Source: Nitrospirota bacterium (GTDB lineage Bacteria; Nitrospirota; Thermodesulfovibrionia; UBA6902; JAJYJJ01). From it: a stretch of DNA of 64,000 bases. Below are positions 9,011 to 17,728 of the stretch, in pieces. Made by a program: the position numbers and the translations under genes. Position 1 is the first letter of the stretch. Every line of letters begins with the position of its first letter. The stretch spans positions 66,617 to 130,616 of the forward strand of contig JAJYJJ010000004.1 of NCBI GenBank assembly GCA_021789595.1, given 5' to 3'. Below the pieces are notes generated by a model. That model was given only the letters and a program-made list of their open reading frames with translations. It ran no database searches and had not been told where the DNA came from.

Positions 9011-9817
9011 TCACAGCAACTCCCTTCTTCTAAATATAAGGACTGAGATCCCAAGGACTATTATAATATAAAGTATTGCGTATGAAAGGACAGTGAGCAT
9101 ATAAGCAGGAGAGGTTGGAAGGCTGTATATGGCATTGAACTTAAAGTCGAGGGCGGTTAGATTTGGAAAGATATAATAAGCGGTCTTCGATAGATAGATG
9201 CTTGGTGAAGGCAGTTTTGTTCCATGAGGGCTGTTTATGTAATCCATTACAGCCTGTGTCACATTGCCAATGATATAGACCCCCACGGTTGCAAATAGGG
9301 GGAGAAACAGGTTTGTGGAGAAGGATGAGAAAAGGATAGATGCGGATGCTACGATGATTAATGCAATAAATTCAAAAAAGACTGCTGCTATAAAGTTCTC
9401 ATAGGACATCGGGATAGATGATTGATAAAGTCTTGATGCTATTGTTATGCCAATAAGAGAAAAGGCAGAGAGGATGGCAACACCAGAGCCTATAATACCA
9501 GAAAGCCCTAAGAATTTCCCGAGGATAAATGCCTCCCTCGATACAGGCATGGATATAACAGGGTGAGCAAACCTCCTTTCCATATCCCTGTAAACAAGGT
9601 TTACACCGAGGAATATCGTCAGGATAAGGGATACGAATGAGATTATGGAGAGCGATAGGCCGACAGACACCTCTCGAGGTTGTCTCATAGATAAGGAGCT
9701 TATTGCAGGGACAAGGATGATAAAACATAGTATAGAGACCGCTAACAGGGTAATAAATACCTTATCCCTCATGCCGCCTTTAAATGTTATCTTTGCTATC
9801 TCTAAAATAATAACCAC
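9011..9817 (-). CDS. ABC-2 type permease (xapB-like)
   Basis: Six TM pattern, P.SR..FILGKFLG, FRRREL C-terminus. GTG 9817 preferred because the ORF-track start lies inside the terminator. Confidence 0.8.
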   Translation of the reverse strand: MVIILEIAKITFKGGMRDKVFITLLAVSILCFIILVPAISSLSMRQPREVSVGLSLSIISFVSLILTIFLGVNLVYRDMERRFAHPVISMPVSREAFILGKFLGLSGIIGSGVAILSAFSLIGITIASRLYQSSIPMSYENFIAAVFFEFIALIIVASASILFSSFSTNLFLPLFATVGVYIIGNVTQAVMDYINSPHGTKLPSPSIYLSKTAYYIFPNLTALDFKFNAIYSLPTSPAYMLTVLSYAILYIIIVLGISVLIFRRRELL

Positions 9818-9819
9818 CT

Positions 9820-9854
9820 GAAAAAGAAAAGGGGTCGTTGCCAACCCCTTTTCT
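9820..9854 (-). terminator. Intrinsic terminator after pilA-N/pilA-C
   Basis: Minus strand AGAAAAGGGGT-TGGCAACG-ACCCCTTTTCT followed by TTTTC. Confidence 0.8.
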
Positions 9855-9873
9855 AAAGCTTATACTGGATTGA

Positions 9874-10215
9874 CTATAGTGAGTTCCAACCACTAAATGC
9901 CGCTGAAGTACTCACGCTCGGCGAGGCTGATATATTTGTCCCTGTAGTCGCAGCTGTCCAATAGATAGTAGTGGAGTCTGCAGATACGCCAAACTCCCTG
10001 TCTCCATTAAGATGTTTTGAGACCGCTGCATAATGCGTGGTATCATCTATGACGTAAACCTTCACATTGCGTGATGCCTGAAATGTCTGGGAACTACCAG
10101 GGAATGTTATGGTTGTCACATCTGTGCTACTATTCCAGGTACCACCAGCGGCAAATGCTATTGCCGCGCCTAAGGCAAAACTCAATGCAATTACGAGTAT
10201 AATTATCTTCTTCAT
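9874..10215 (-). CDS. PilA-C-like secreted partner of short pilin
   Basis: Start ATG 10215 after AAGGAGG. Sec signal (MKKIII...AIAFA). Ser/Thr-rich beta domain with F..S.NV.V, YA..K..NG.REF, FSGW.S, resembling Geobacter PilA-C as recalled. Directly downstream of the short pilin. Confidence 0.75.
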   Translation of the reverse strand: MKKIIILVIALSFALGAAIAFAAGGTWNSSTDVTTITFPGSSQTFQASRNVKVYVIDDTTHYAAVSKHLNGDREFGVSADSTTIYWTAATTGTNISASPSVSTSAAFSGWNSL

Positions 10216-10228
10216 ATCAACCTCCTTT

Positions 10229-10447
10229 TTATGGATAATACTGGAAGTCAGCATAATATGCTTCCATTGCTGTCTTGAAGTTCCTCAGGTCGCTCTCTGC
10301 GGCTGAGTTATATGCCTTTGTCCTGTATGCTGCAAACTGTGGTATTGCAATTGCAGCAAGGATGGCTATAATCGCCACGACCACGAGGAGCTCGATAAGG
10401 GTAAAACCCTTTTCATTGCCCTTCATACGATTGATTGTCTTTAACAT
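10229..10447 (-). CDS. pilA: Short type IVa major pilin (PilA-N / e-pilin type, 58 aa mature)
   Basis: EKG|FTLIELLVVVAIIAILAAIAIPQFAAYRTKAYNSAAESDLRNFKTAMEAYYADFQYYP. Strong SD AAGGAGGAGG. Closely resembles G. sulfurreducens PilA-N. Confidence 0.95.
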   Translation of the reverse strand: MLKTINRMKGNEKGFTLIELLVVVAIIAILAAIAIPQFAAYRTKAYNSAAESDLRNFKTAMEAYYADFQYYP

Positions 10448-10597
10448 GTCCTCCTCCTTTTTAATAACCGTTTGAACCCTTTACTCCACAAAACTTACCA
10501 CTAAATACTAAATACTGCCTTTTTACACCACCTCCTCTCAATCTGAGTTTGATTCCCATTCGGGGGTTTATGCCTTGATTTCCATATGCAACAATAT

Positions 10598-10613
10598 AGC
10601 AGATTCCATGCCA
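10598..10613 (-). promoter_or_regulatory. Sigma54 (-24/-12) promoter of pilA
   Basis: Minus strand TGGCATGGAATCTGCT has exact GG-N10-GC spacing. Confidence 0.75.
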
Positions 10614-10762
10614 CGATGCAAGGGGAAAATTAAACAGGATTGAGTGATAGGGGATAATATATAAGGGCTAAGAAATAAAGGGAAAAACGACCTGGGGATT
10701 TTAACAGGCTGCTAATAACAGACAACAATTTATATATTTCCATATACATTTAGCGGCAATTA

Positions 10763-10777
10763 TGACAAATTTTGTCA
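10763..10777. promoter_or_regulatory. Palindromic candidate enhancer (PilR-type activator site)
   Basis: TGACAAA-T-TTTGTCA perfect 7-1-7 inverted repeat about 150 bp upstream of the sigma54 promoter. Confidence 0.5.
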
Positions 10778-10828
10778 GTTCCGGGCATATTTTCATTTTC
10801 TTTTTTGCAGATGTTATAATCTATTGCG

Positions 10829-11503
10829 ATGATACCTTACAAGGATGACAATCCCACATCCCATTTCCCGTTTGTAACAATAGCCATTATCCTTATAAAC
10901 AGCATTGTCTTTTTCCTTGTCCCATCCTCAGGGGAGGCAGGAAAAGAGGCGGTGTATGCCTATGGCGCAATACCAATCTATATAATGAGCTTTCAAGGGG
11001 CACAGCCCATTCATCCCTTCCTTACGGTCTTTACATCCATGTTCATGCACGGCAGCATCCTTCATCTCCTCGGCAATATGCTTTATCTCTGGATATTCGG
11101 GGACAACATAGAGGACAGGCTCGGCCATGTGAGATTTATAATCTTTTATCTCATCTGCGGGATTGTCGCTGCTTACAGCTATGCAATAACAGACCCGGCA
11201 TCAAAGATCCCGATGATAGGTGCAAGCGGCGCCATATCAGGTGTTTTGGGCGCATATCTTCTCCTGTTTCCGAAGGCAAAGGTTCACGCCTTGATATTCC
11301 TCGGATTTTTTGTTACGGTCATCAAGATACCTGCGATTCTTGTAATTGGATTCTGGGCTGTGATACAATTCTTAAGCGGCCTTCTGAGCACAGGGCTTCA
11401 TGCCCAGGGTGGCATTGCCTGGTTTGCCCATGTTGGTGGATTTTTGTGGGGTCTTATTACCATAAGGCTGTTTATGATGAGGAAAAGGAGGTATAACTGG
11501 TAA
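10829..11503 (+). CDS. Rhomboid family intramembrane serine protease
   Basis: HGSILHLLGNM, GASGAISG, AHVGGF. Confidence 0.92.
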   Translation: MIPYKDDNPTSHFPFVTIAIILINSIVFFLVPSSGEAGKEAVYAYGAIPIYIMSFQGAQPIHPFLTVFTSMFMHGSILHLLGNMLYLWIFGDNIEDRLGHVRFIIFYLICGIVAAYSYAITDPASKIPMIGASGAISGVLGAYLLLFPKAKVHALIFLGFFVTVIKIPAILVIGFWAVIQFLSGLLSTGLHAQGGIAWFAHVGGFLWGLITIRLFMMRKRRYNW

Positions 11504-11506
11504 ACT

Positions 11507-12388
11507 ATGATTGTCCTCTGTCCAAAATGCAAAACGAAGTTGAAGGTTGCTGAAGAAAAGATATCCGATGCAGGCAGCCGTTTTAAATGCCCTAAATGCA
11601 GTACAGTCCTGCTGATTAAAAAGCCGAAAAGGCCTGCTGTTGAGGCAAAGCCCATTGATACTAACACAGTGCTTGTTGCCCATGGAAATCGTGAGATGCT
11701 CATAAAAATAGAGAATGTTGTCAAAAGGGCAGGGTATGCTGTGGAGAGGAGCATGGACGGCATTGACGCCATGGTAAAGATAGACAGGATAAAACCCTTT
11801 CTTACAATAATAGATGTCGCCCTTCCAAAGATATACGGTTTTGAGATATGTAAAAGGATTAAGAGCAGGCATGAGACAAAGGGTATAAAGGTCATCCTTG
11901 TGGCATCTATCTATGATAAAGAGAGGTATAAGCGGGAACCGCAGTCTCTTTATGACGCTGATGACTATATCGAGGGCCATCAGATTGAGAAGCTGTTGAT
12001 TGACAAGATAGGCAGGCTTTCAGGCAAGGTGCAGGCAGGTGAACTGCCAAAGGAACAACCAATGCCGCCTCAGCCGCCAGCAGAAGAAAAGCCTTATCTA
12101 CAGAAGGCAGAGGTATCAGCACCTCCTGAAATCGGTATAGAGAAGATAGAAAAGGCAAAACGCCTTGCAAGGACTATTGTCTCTGATATTACGCTTTATA
12201 ACCCGAAGAAGGTTGAAGAGGCAATAAGGAGGGGTGTGTTCTTCTCTGACTTCTCAGATGAGATAAAGGAAGGCCAGAAACTCTATGACAGCCGTATCCC
12301 TGAGGATGTGAGGGCTGTGGGGGATTTCTACAAAGAGGCCATAGGGAACTTTATAATAAAGAAAAAAAAGGCGATGGGTCTTGCCTGA
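11507..12388 (+). CDS. Zinc-ribbon (MJ0042-type) + receiver domain protein
   Basis: CPKC..CPKC finger, REC-like IIDVALPKIYGFEIC, Pro-rich linker, C-terminal AKRLARTIVSDITLYN domain. Confidence 0.75.
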   Translation: MIVLCPKCKTKLKVAEEKISDAGSRFKCPKCSTVLLIKKPKRPAVEAKPIDTNTVLVAHGNREMLIKIENVVKRAGYAVERSMDGIDAMVKIDRIKPFLTIIDVALPKIYGFEICKRIKSRHETKGIKVILVASIYDKERYKREPQSLYDADDYIEGHQIEKLLIDKIGRLSGKVQAGELPKEQPMPPQPPAEEKPYLQKAEVSAPPEIGIEKIEKAKRLARTIVSDITLYNPKKVEEAIRRGVFFSDFSDEIKEGQKLYDSRIPEDVRAVGDFYKEAIGNFIIKKKKAMGLA

Positions 12389-12407
12389 ACCTGGATGATA
12401 AGAGATT

Positions 12408-12848
12408 ATGAATGGCAGGGTTGTATCGGTTAACATCAGTGAGAAAAAGGGACAGAGGAAAAAGAGGATAGAAAAGGCCCTTGTCGTAGAAGATTTTGGT
12501 ATCAAAGGTGATGCACATGCATCCAGTGAATGGCACAGGCAGGTCAGCCTGCTTGCCATGGAGAGCATAATGAAGATGCAGTCCATGGGATTGGATGTCA
12601 AGCCAGGGGATTTTGCAGAGAACATCACGACTGAGGGTATAGACCTCGTAAATCTTCCTGTGGGCACAAGGCTCTTGATTGGCAATGCCATTGAGGTTGA
12701 GGTAAGCCAGATAGGCAAGGTCTGTCATAGCAGGTGCGCAATATATTATCAGGCAGGTGATTGTGTGATGCCCAAAGAGGGGATATTTGTAAAGGTTATC
12801 AGGGGCGGGATGGTAAAGGAGGGAGACAGGATAACAGTCGTCAGTTGA
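12408..12848 (+). CDS. MOSC domain protein
   Basis: GDAHA, RQVSLL, GDFAENITT, QIGK.CH..C, CVMPKEGIF. Confidence 0.88.
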   Translation: MNGRVVSVNISEKKGQRKKRIEKALVVEDFGIKGDAHASSEWHRQVSLLAMESIMKMQSMGLDVKPGDFAENITTEGIDLVNLPVGTRLLIGNAIEVEVSQIGKVCHSRCAIYYQAGDCVMPKEGIFVKVIRGGMVKEGDRITVVS

Positions 12849-12874
12849 CAGTCATATGAGGACGATTCAGTTAA

Positions 12875-13363
12875 ATGATAAAGGTGGCAGTCTTGACATT
12901 AAGCGATAAGGGTTCAAGGGGTGAGAGGGAGGATTTAAGCGGCCCTGTTATAGCCGAGATGGTTAAAAGGATAGACGGGGAGGTTATCTCATACGAAATA
13001 ATCCCTGATGAAAAGGATTTGATCAAACAGAGGCTTATAAGTCTTTCAGAAAAGGCCGATATAGTTTTTACAACAGGAGGCACAGGCCTGTCTCTGCGTG
13101 ATGTGACCCCTGAGGCAACCATCGCAGTCATAGAGAGGGAGGTGCGTGGCATTGCTGAGGTCATGAGGGCAGAGGGCATGAAGAAGACCCAGAGGGCAAT
13201 GCTTTCAAGGGCGGTTGCAGGGATAAGAAACAAAAGCCTGATTATAAACCTCCCGGGAAGCCCAAAGGCCGTTAGGGAAAACTTAGAGGTCATATTAGAT
13301 GCGCTTCCACATGCAGTAGAAAAGATAAAGGGCGATGAAAAGGAGTGTGCCAGATATGACTAA
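12875..13363 (+). CDS. mog: MogA/MoaB molybdopterin adenylyltransferase
   Basis: SDKG...REDLSG, TTGGTG...RDVTPEAT, NLPGSPKAV. Confidence 0.88.
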   Translation: MIKVAVLTLSDKGSRGEREDLSGPVIAEMVKRIDGEVISYEIIPDEKDLIKQRLISLSEKADIVFTTGGTGLSLRDVTPEATIAVIEREVRGIAEVMRAEGMKKTQRAMLSRAVAGIRNKSLIINLPGSPKAVRENLEVILDALPHAVEKIKGDEKECARYD

Positions 13364-14069
13364 TGTATCCTTTCCCCTTGCATTCTTGGGCGGCCTTGTA
13401 TCCTTCCTGTCTCCGTGTGTCCTGCCATTGATACCATCCTATGTCTCGTATATCACAGGCATATCCTTTGATGACCTTAGGCAGGGTAGTGATAAGGCAA
13501 GGATAAGGAGGCTCACAATCACCAATTCCATAGCCTTCATCCTCGGATTCTCTGCGGTCTTTATCCTGCTCGGCGCCTCTTCCTCTTATATTGGCAAGCT
13601 CCTCTTTGAATATCAGAAGGTAATCAGCAGAGTGGGCGGAGCAATCATAATAATCTTTGGCCTTTATGTCTCTGGCATCCTGAAGCTTGGTTTTCTTTCA
13701 AGGGAAAAGAAGTTTCACATCCAGGGAAGACCTGCGGGCTACTTCGGCTCCTTTGTCATCGGGGTAACCTTTGCTGCGGGGTGGACGCCATGCATAGGCC
13801 CTATCCTCGGCTCGATCCTCCTTTATGCAAGCACAAAGGGTTCAACCACATACGGCCTTGAACTCCTCTCTGTGTATTCCCTTGGCCTGGCCATACCTTT
13901 CTTCATATCCTCACTTGCAATAAATACACTGCTCAGCCTCTTTGGAAGCATCGGGAAGGCAGTAAAGGTCATTACCTTAATCAGCGGCATACTCCTCATG
14001 GTCTTTGGCCTGCTGTTGGTTACAGACAACCTTAATATTGTTTTATCCATCATCCCTGACTTGGGATAA
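13356..14069 (+). CDS. ccdA: Cytochrome c biogenesis protein CcdA (copy 1)
   Basis: SFLSPCVLPL and GWTPCIGPILG. Start reassigned to ATG 13356. Confidence 0.88.
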   Translation: MTNVSFPLAFLGGLVSFLSPCVLPLIPSYVSYITGISFDDLRQGSDKARIRRLTITNSIAFILGFSAVFILLGASSSYIGKLLFEYQKVISRVGGAIIIIFGLYVSGILKLGFLSREKKFHIQGRPAGYFGSFVIGVTFAAGWTPCIGPILGSILLYASTKGSTTYGLELLSVYSLGLAIPFFISSLAINTLLSLFGSIGKAVKVITLISGILLMVFGLLLVTDNLNIVLSIIPDLG

Positions 14070-14122
14070 GATTTTAGGGTTGTGTTTGACTTAATGCCTG
14101 TCTATTGTTTAATATCTTTTTC

Positions 14123-15454
14123 ATGAAGATCCCTGTTAAAAGATTTATTGCTGTCATTCTGCTGCTGTTTCTTCCTGTAACAGTAAAGGCAGAGGTCAAG
14201 GAATATGCCCTTCCAAATGGGTTAAAGGTTCTCCTTGTAGAAAACCATAATGCCCCTATCGCAACCTTTCAGATATGGTACAGGGTTGGCTCTATGTATG
14301 AGCAGATAGGCAAGACAGGCATGAGCCATCTCCTTGAACACATGATGTTCAAGGGCACAAAGATGCATGGGCCAAAGACATTCTCAAGGATTATACAGAG
14401 AAATGGCGGTGTTGACAATGCCTTTACAACAAAGGACTATACGATGTATTACCAGAAACTCGCATCTGACAGGATCAATATCTCCCTTGACCTTGAATCA
14501 GACAGGATGGCAAACCTGCTCATAGACCCAAAGGATTTTTCCTCTGAGAAAAAGGTTGTGATGGAAGAGCGCAGGATGCGGTATGAGGACGACCCGCAGA
14601 ACCTTGTCTATGAGGCGGTCCTTGCAGCGGCCTTTGAAAACCACCCATACAGATGGCCTGTAATTGGCTGGATGTCTGATATAGCATCCATCAAGAGGGA
14701 TGAACTCTATAATTACTACAGGACATATTATGCGCCTGATAATGCTGTAATCGTGATTGCAGGCGATATAAAAACGGACAGGATTATGAAGGACATCGAG
14801 GATACCTTTGGCAAGATAAAGAGAGGGGCCGATGTAAAAACACCTGTGATTGAAGAGCCAGGGCAGTTAGGAAAGAGGGAGGTGTTTGTAAAGAAGGAGG
14901 CTGAACTCCCATACTTCCTATCCGCATATCATGTGCCCGATCTCCCTTCTAAGGATGGCTATGCCCTGGATGTCCTTGCTACAATCCTTGCTGGAGGTAA
15001 GAGTTCGAGGTTCTATAAGAGCCTTGTCTATGAAAAGCAGATAGCCCTTGGAGCAGACGCAGGATATGACGGCCTGCATAAAAACCCGTTCTTATTCTTT
15101 CTTTCAGCAACAGCAGCCCCTGACAAATCCATAGAAGAGGTGAGGAAGGCCCTCTATGAGGAGGTTGACAGGATAAAAAAAGAGCCTCCCACTGGAAGGG
15201 AGCTTCAGAGGGCCAAAAACCAGATAGAGACATCGTTTATAATGGGAGAGGACTCGATCTTCTTTCAGGCCGAAATTCTCGGTATGTATGAGATGATAGG
15301 CGACTGGCATTATAAGGATGAATACTTGAAGGGGATAAGGGCAGTTACATCGGATGATGTCATGGGAGTGGCAAGGAGATACCTTGTAGATGACAACATG
15401 ACCATGGGTATACTTATACCACAGAGGATCAAGGCCATAGGTGATCAAGGATAG
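14123..15454 (+). CDS. M16 zinc peptidase, catalytic subunit
   Basis: Signal peptide, HLLEH (HxxEH), NAFT, VMEERR. ATG 14123 preferred as start. Confidence 0.9.
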   Translation: MKIPVKRFIAVILLLFLPVTVKAEVKEYALPNGLKVLLVENHNAPIATFQIWYRVGSMYEQIGKTGMSHLLEHMMFKGTKMHGPKTFSRIIQRNGGVDNAFTTKDYTMYYQKLASDRINISLDLESDRMANLLIDPKDFSSEKKVVMEERRMRYEDDPQNLVYEAVLAAAFENHPYRWPVIGWMSDIASIKRDELYNYYRTYYAPDNAVIVIAGDIKTDRIMKDIEDTFGKIKRGADVKTPVIEEPGQLGKREVFVKKEAELPYFLSAYHVPDLPSKDGYALDVLATILAGGKSSRFYKSLVYEKQIALGADAGYDGLHKNPFLFFLSATAAPDKSIEEVRKALYEEVDRIKKEPPTGRELQRAKNQIETSFIMGEDSIFFQAEILGMYEMIGDWHYKDEYLKGIRAVTSDDVMGVARRYLVDDNMTMGILIPQRIKAIGDQG

Positions 15455-15461
15455 GTAAGAA

Positions 15462-16778
15462 ATGAAACGATTATGTCTTCTCCTTATTTTCATTATGTTT
15501 CCATCTACCGTATTCGCCTCAGAGATTGCCACACGGGAGGTCTTACCGAATGGCCTTGTGCTGCTTCAGTCTGAGCAGCACAACCTGCCGATTGTAATGG
15601 TCACGCTTGCAATAAAGGCAGGCAGCCTTGTCGAACCTGCTGAAAAGGCAGGCCTTGCAAATCTTACCGCATCTCTTCTGACAGAGGGGACAAAGACCCG
15701 CACAGCCTCTGAGATAAGCGATGAGATAGAATTTGTTGGCGGAGATTTAAGCAGCTCAGGGGGCAGCGATTATATAACAGTTACCCTTTCTATATTGAAG
15801 AAGGATGTTGATAAGGGCTTTGAACTTCTATCCGATATAGTATTAAATCCAGCGTTCTCAGGGGATGAGATAAAGAGGAAAAAGGCGCTTATAAAGGGCA
15901 CACTCAAGGCTGAGGAGGAAGAGCCCTCTATCGTTGCATCAAGGGCATTTAAAAAGGCCATCTTTGGCGACGGCCCTTATGGCAGGCCTGTTAAGGGATT
16001 CCCGGAGACTATAGACAGGATTACAAGGGATGACATACTGGATTTCTATTCCCGTTTCTATGCTTCAAATAATGCTATAATGGCTGTTGTTGGCGACCTT
16101 AACCGCAGCGAATTGAAGGCGCTCATGGATAAATACTTCAGGGGATGGAAGCAGAAGGACATAAAGCCAGTGCTTTATTTACAACCTTCAGAGCCGACCT
16201 CTCCAAAGCTCATAAAGATAGACAGGGATGTTACCCAGGCAAACATAGTCCTCGGGCATATAGGCATAAAAAGGGATAACCCTGATTTTTATGCTGTCTC
16301 TGTTATGAACTATATCCTCGGCGGAGGCGGGTTTGCATCAAGGCTTATGACTGATATAAGGGAAGAAAAGGGTCTTGCCTATGATGTCGAGAGCTTCTTC
16401 TTGCCGCAAAAGGAGACAGGGGGTTTTGAGGTCGTGCTTCAGACAAGGAATGAGTCTGCGAACACCGCCGTAGAAGAGGTGCTGAAGGAAGTGAAAGGGA
16501 TGATGGCAGACCCTGTTTCTGAAAAAGAGCTTGGAGATGCCAAGTCGTTTCTCACAGGGAGCTTCCCATTGAGGATTGATACAAGCAGGAAGATAGCGGA
16601 TTTTCTCGCTGCTGTAGAATACTATGGTCTTGGGCTTGATTATGTGCAGAGGTACCCCGAATATATAAGGGAGGTGACAAGGGAGGATGTATTGAGGGTT
16701 GCGAGGAAATATCTACATCCTGATAGATATATCCTTGTTGTAGTTGCAAACCAGAGAAAGGCAGGTGTGAAATACTGA
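15462..16778 (+). CDS. M16 peptidase, non-catalytic partner subunit
   Basis: M16 fold without HxxEH. ILGGGGFASRL...REEKGLAY. Confidence 0.88.
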   Translation: MKRLCLLLIFIMFPSTVFASEIATREVLPNGLVLLQSEQHNLPIVMVTLAIKAGSLVEPAEKAGLANLTASLLTEGTKTRTASEISDEIEFVGGDLSSSGGSDYITVTLSILKKDVDKGFELLSDIVLNPAFSGDEIKRKKALIKGTLKAEEEEPSIVASRAFKKAIFGDGPYGRPVKGFPETIDRITRDDILDFYSRFYASNNAIMAVVGDLNRSELKALMDKYFRGWKQKDIKPVLYLQPSEPTSPKLIKIDRDVTQANIVLGHIGIKRDNPDFYAVSVMNYILGGGGFASRLMTDIREEKGLAYDVESFFLPQKETGGFEVVLQTRNESANTAVEEVLKEVKGMMADPVSEKELGDAKSFLTGSFPLRIDTSRKIADFLAAVEYYGLGLDYVQRYPEYIREVTREDVLRVARKYLHPDRYILVVVANQRKAGVKY

Positions 16779-17188
16779 TGAAAAATAGGGATATTATTAG
16801 GCTTTTAAATCAGGACATTGTTGGCGAGATAGAGGCGATACTTATCTATATGAGGGACAGTTTTGTAACCGAGCAATGTCCATCGAGCCGTAAACTCGAG
16901 GAGACGGCAAAGGATGAGATGCGACATGTAGAGTGGCTTGCAGAGCTTATAGTTGACCTTGGCGGGATCCCGAGCATGGAGCACAGGGTCCTCAATTTTG
17001 GCAGGTCAGGTGTTAACGGCTATCTCAAGCGCGCCATCGAGCTTGAAAAGGAGGCAATAGGGATGTATAGGGAGCACATAGGGCTTATTGGCGATGGAGA
17101 GATAGCAGAGAAGCTAAGACATATACTTGAGGAAGAAGAGGGACATCTTAAGGAATTTCAGAAACTGTTAAAGGGTGAGAAATCTTGA
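16778..17188 (+). CDS. Ferritin-like diiron protein
   Basis: E..A...Y, DEMRH, EKEA, EEEGH carboxylate/His pattern. Confidence 0.75.
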   Translation: MKNRDIIRLLNQDIVGEIEAILIYMRDSFVTEQCPSSRKLEETAKDEMRHVEWLAELIVDLGGIPSMEHRVLNFGRSGVNGYLKRAIELEKEAIGMYREHIGLIGDGEIAEKLRHILEEEEGHLKEFQKLLKGEKS

Positions 17189-17721
17189 TATGCCCGTCCT
17201 GTCTGTCTTTTATCCTCTATAATCCGATAAGGAAGCTTTTTACAGACAGGGATAATGTGCTTGAGCAGGCAGGTATAAAGAATGATACCGTAGTGCTTGA
17301 GATAGGGGCAGGCAATGGTTTTTTTACAGAGGCCATTGCAGGCAGGGCAAAGAAGGTCTATGCGGTAGAGATTCAGGAAGGGATGGTTAGGAAGCTCCTG
17401 AAGAGGATTAATACACTTGATGACAGGGATAAGATAGAGGTAATTCATAAGGATATAGCCCATGCAGAACTTCCTGACGGCCTCGCAGATATAGCGTTTC
17501 TCTATTACAGCTTCCATGAAATCACCGATAAAGAAAAGGCAGCCCAGACAATTGCAAGGGCTGTAAGGAGAGGCGGAAAGGTCTGCATCTTTGAACCAAC
17601 CATCGAGGTCAGCAAAAGGAAGATGGAATATACATTAAAGATATTTGAATCTATAGGCCTTAAGAAAGAGGCTGAGGCCCTGACCATATTTACGAGATTT
17701 GCAAGACTGGGTAAGCCCTGA
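17185..17721 (+). CDS. Class I SAM-dependent methyltransferase
   Basis: VLEIGAGNG motif I, N-terminal CP..L...LYNPIR. Confidence 0.8.
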   Translation: MICPSCLSFILYNPIRKLFTDRDNVLEQAGIKNDTVVLEIGAGNGFFTEAIAGRAKKVYAVEIQEGMVRKLLKRINTLDDRDKIEVIHKDIAHAELPDGLADIAFLYYSFHEITDKEKAAQTIARAVRRGGKVCIFEPTIEVSKRKMEYTLKIFESIGLKKEAEALTIFTRFARLGKP

Positions 17722-17728
17722 ATTTAGT

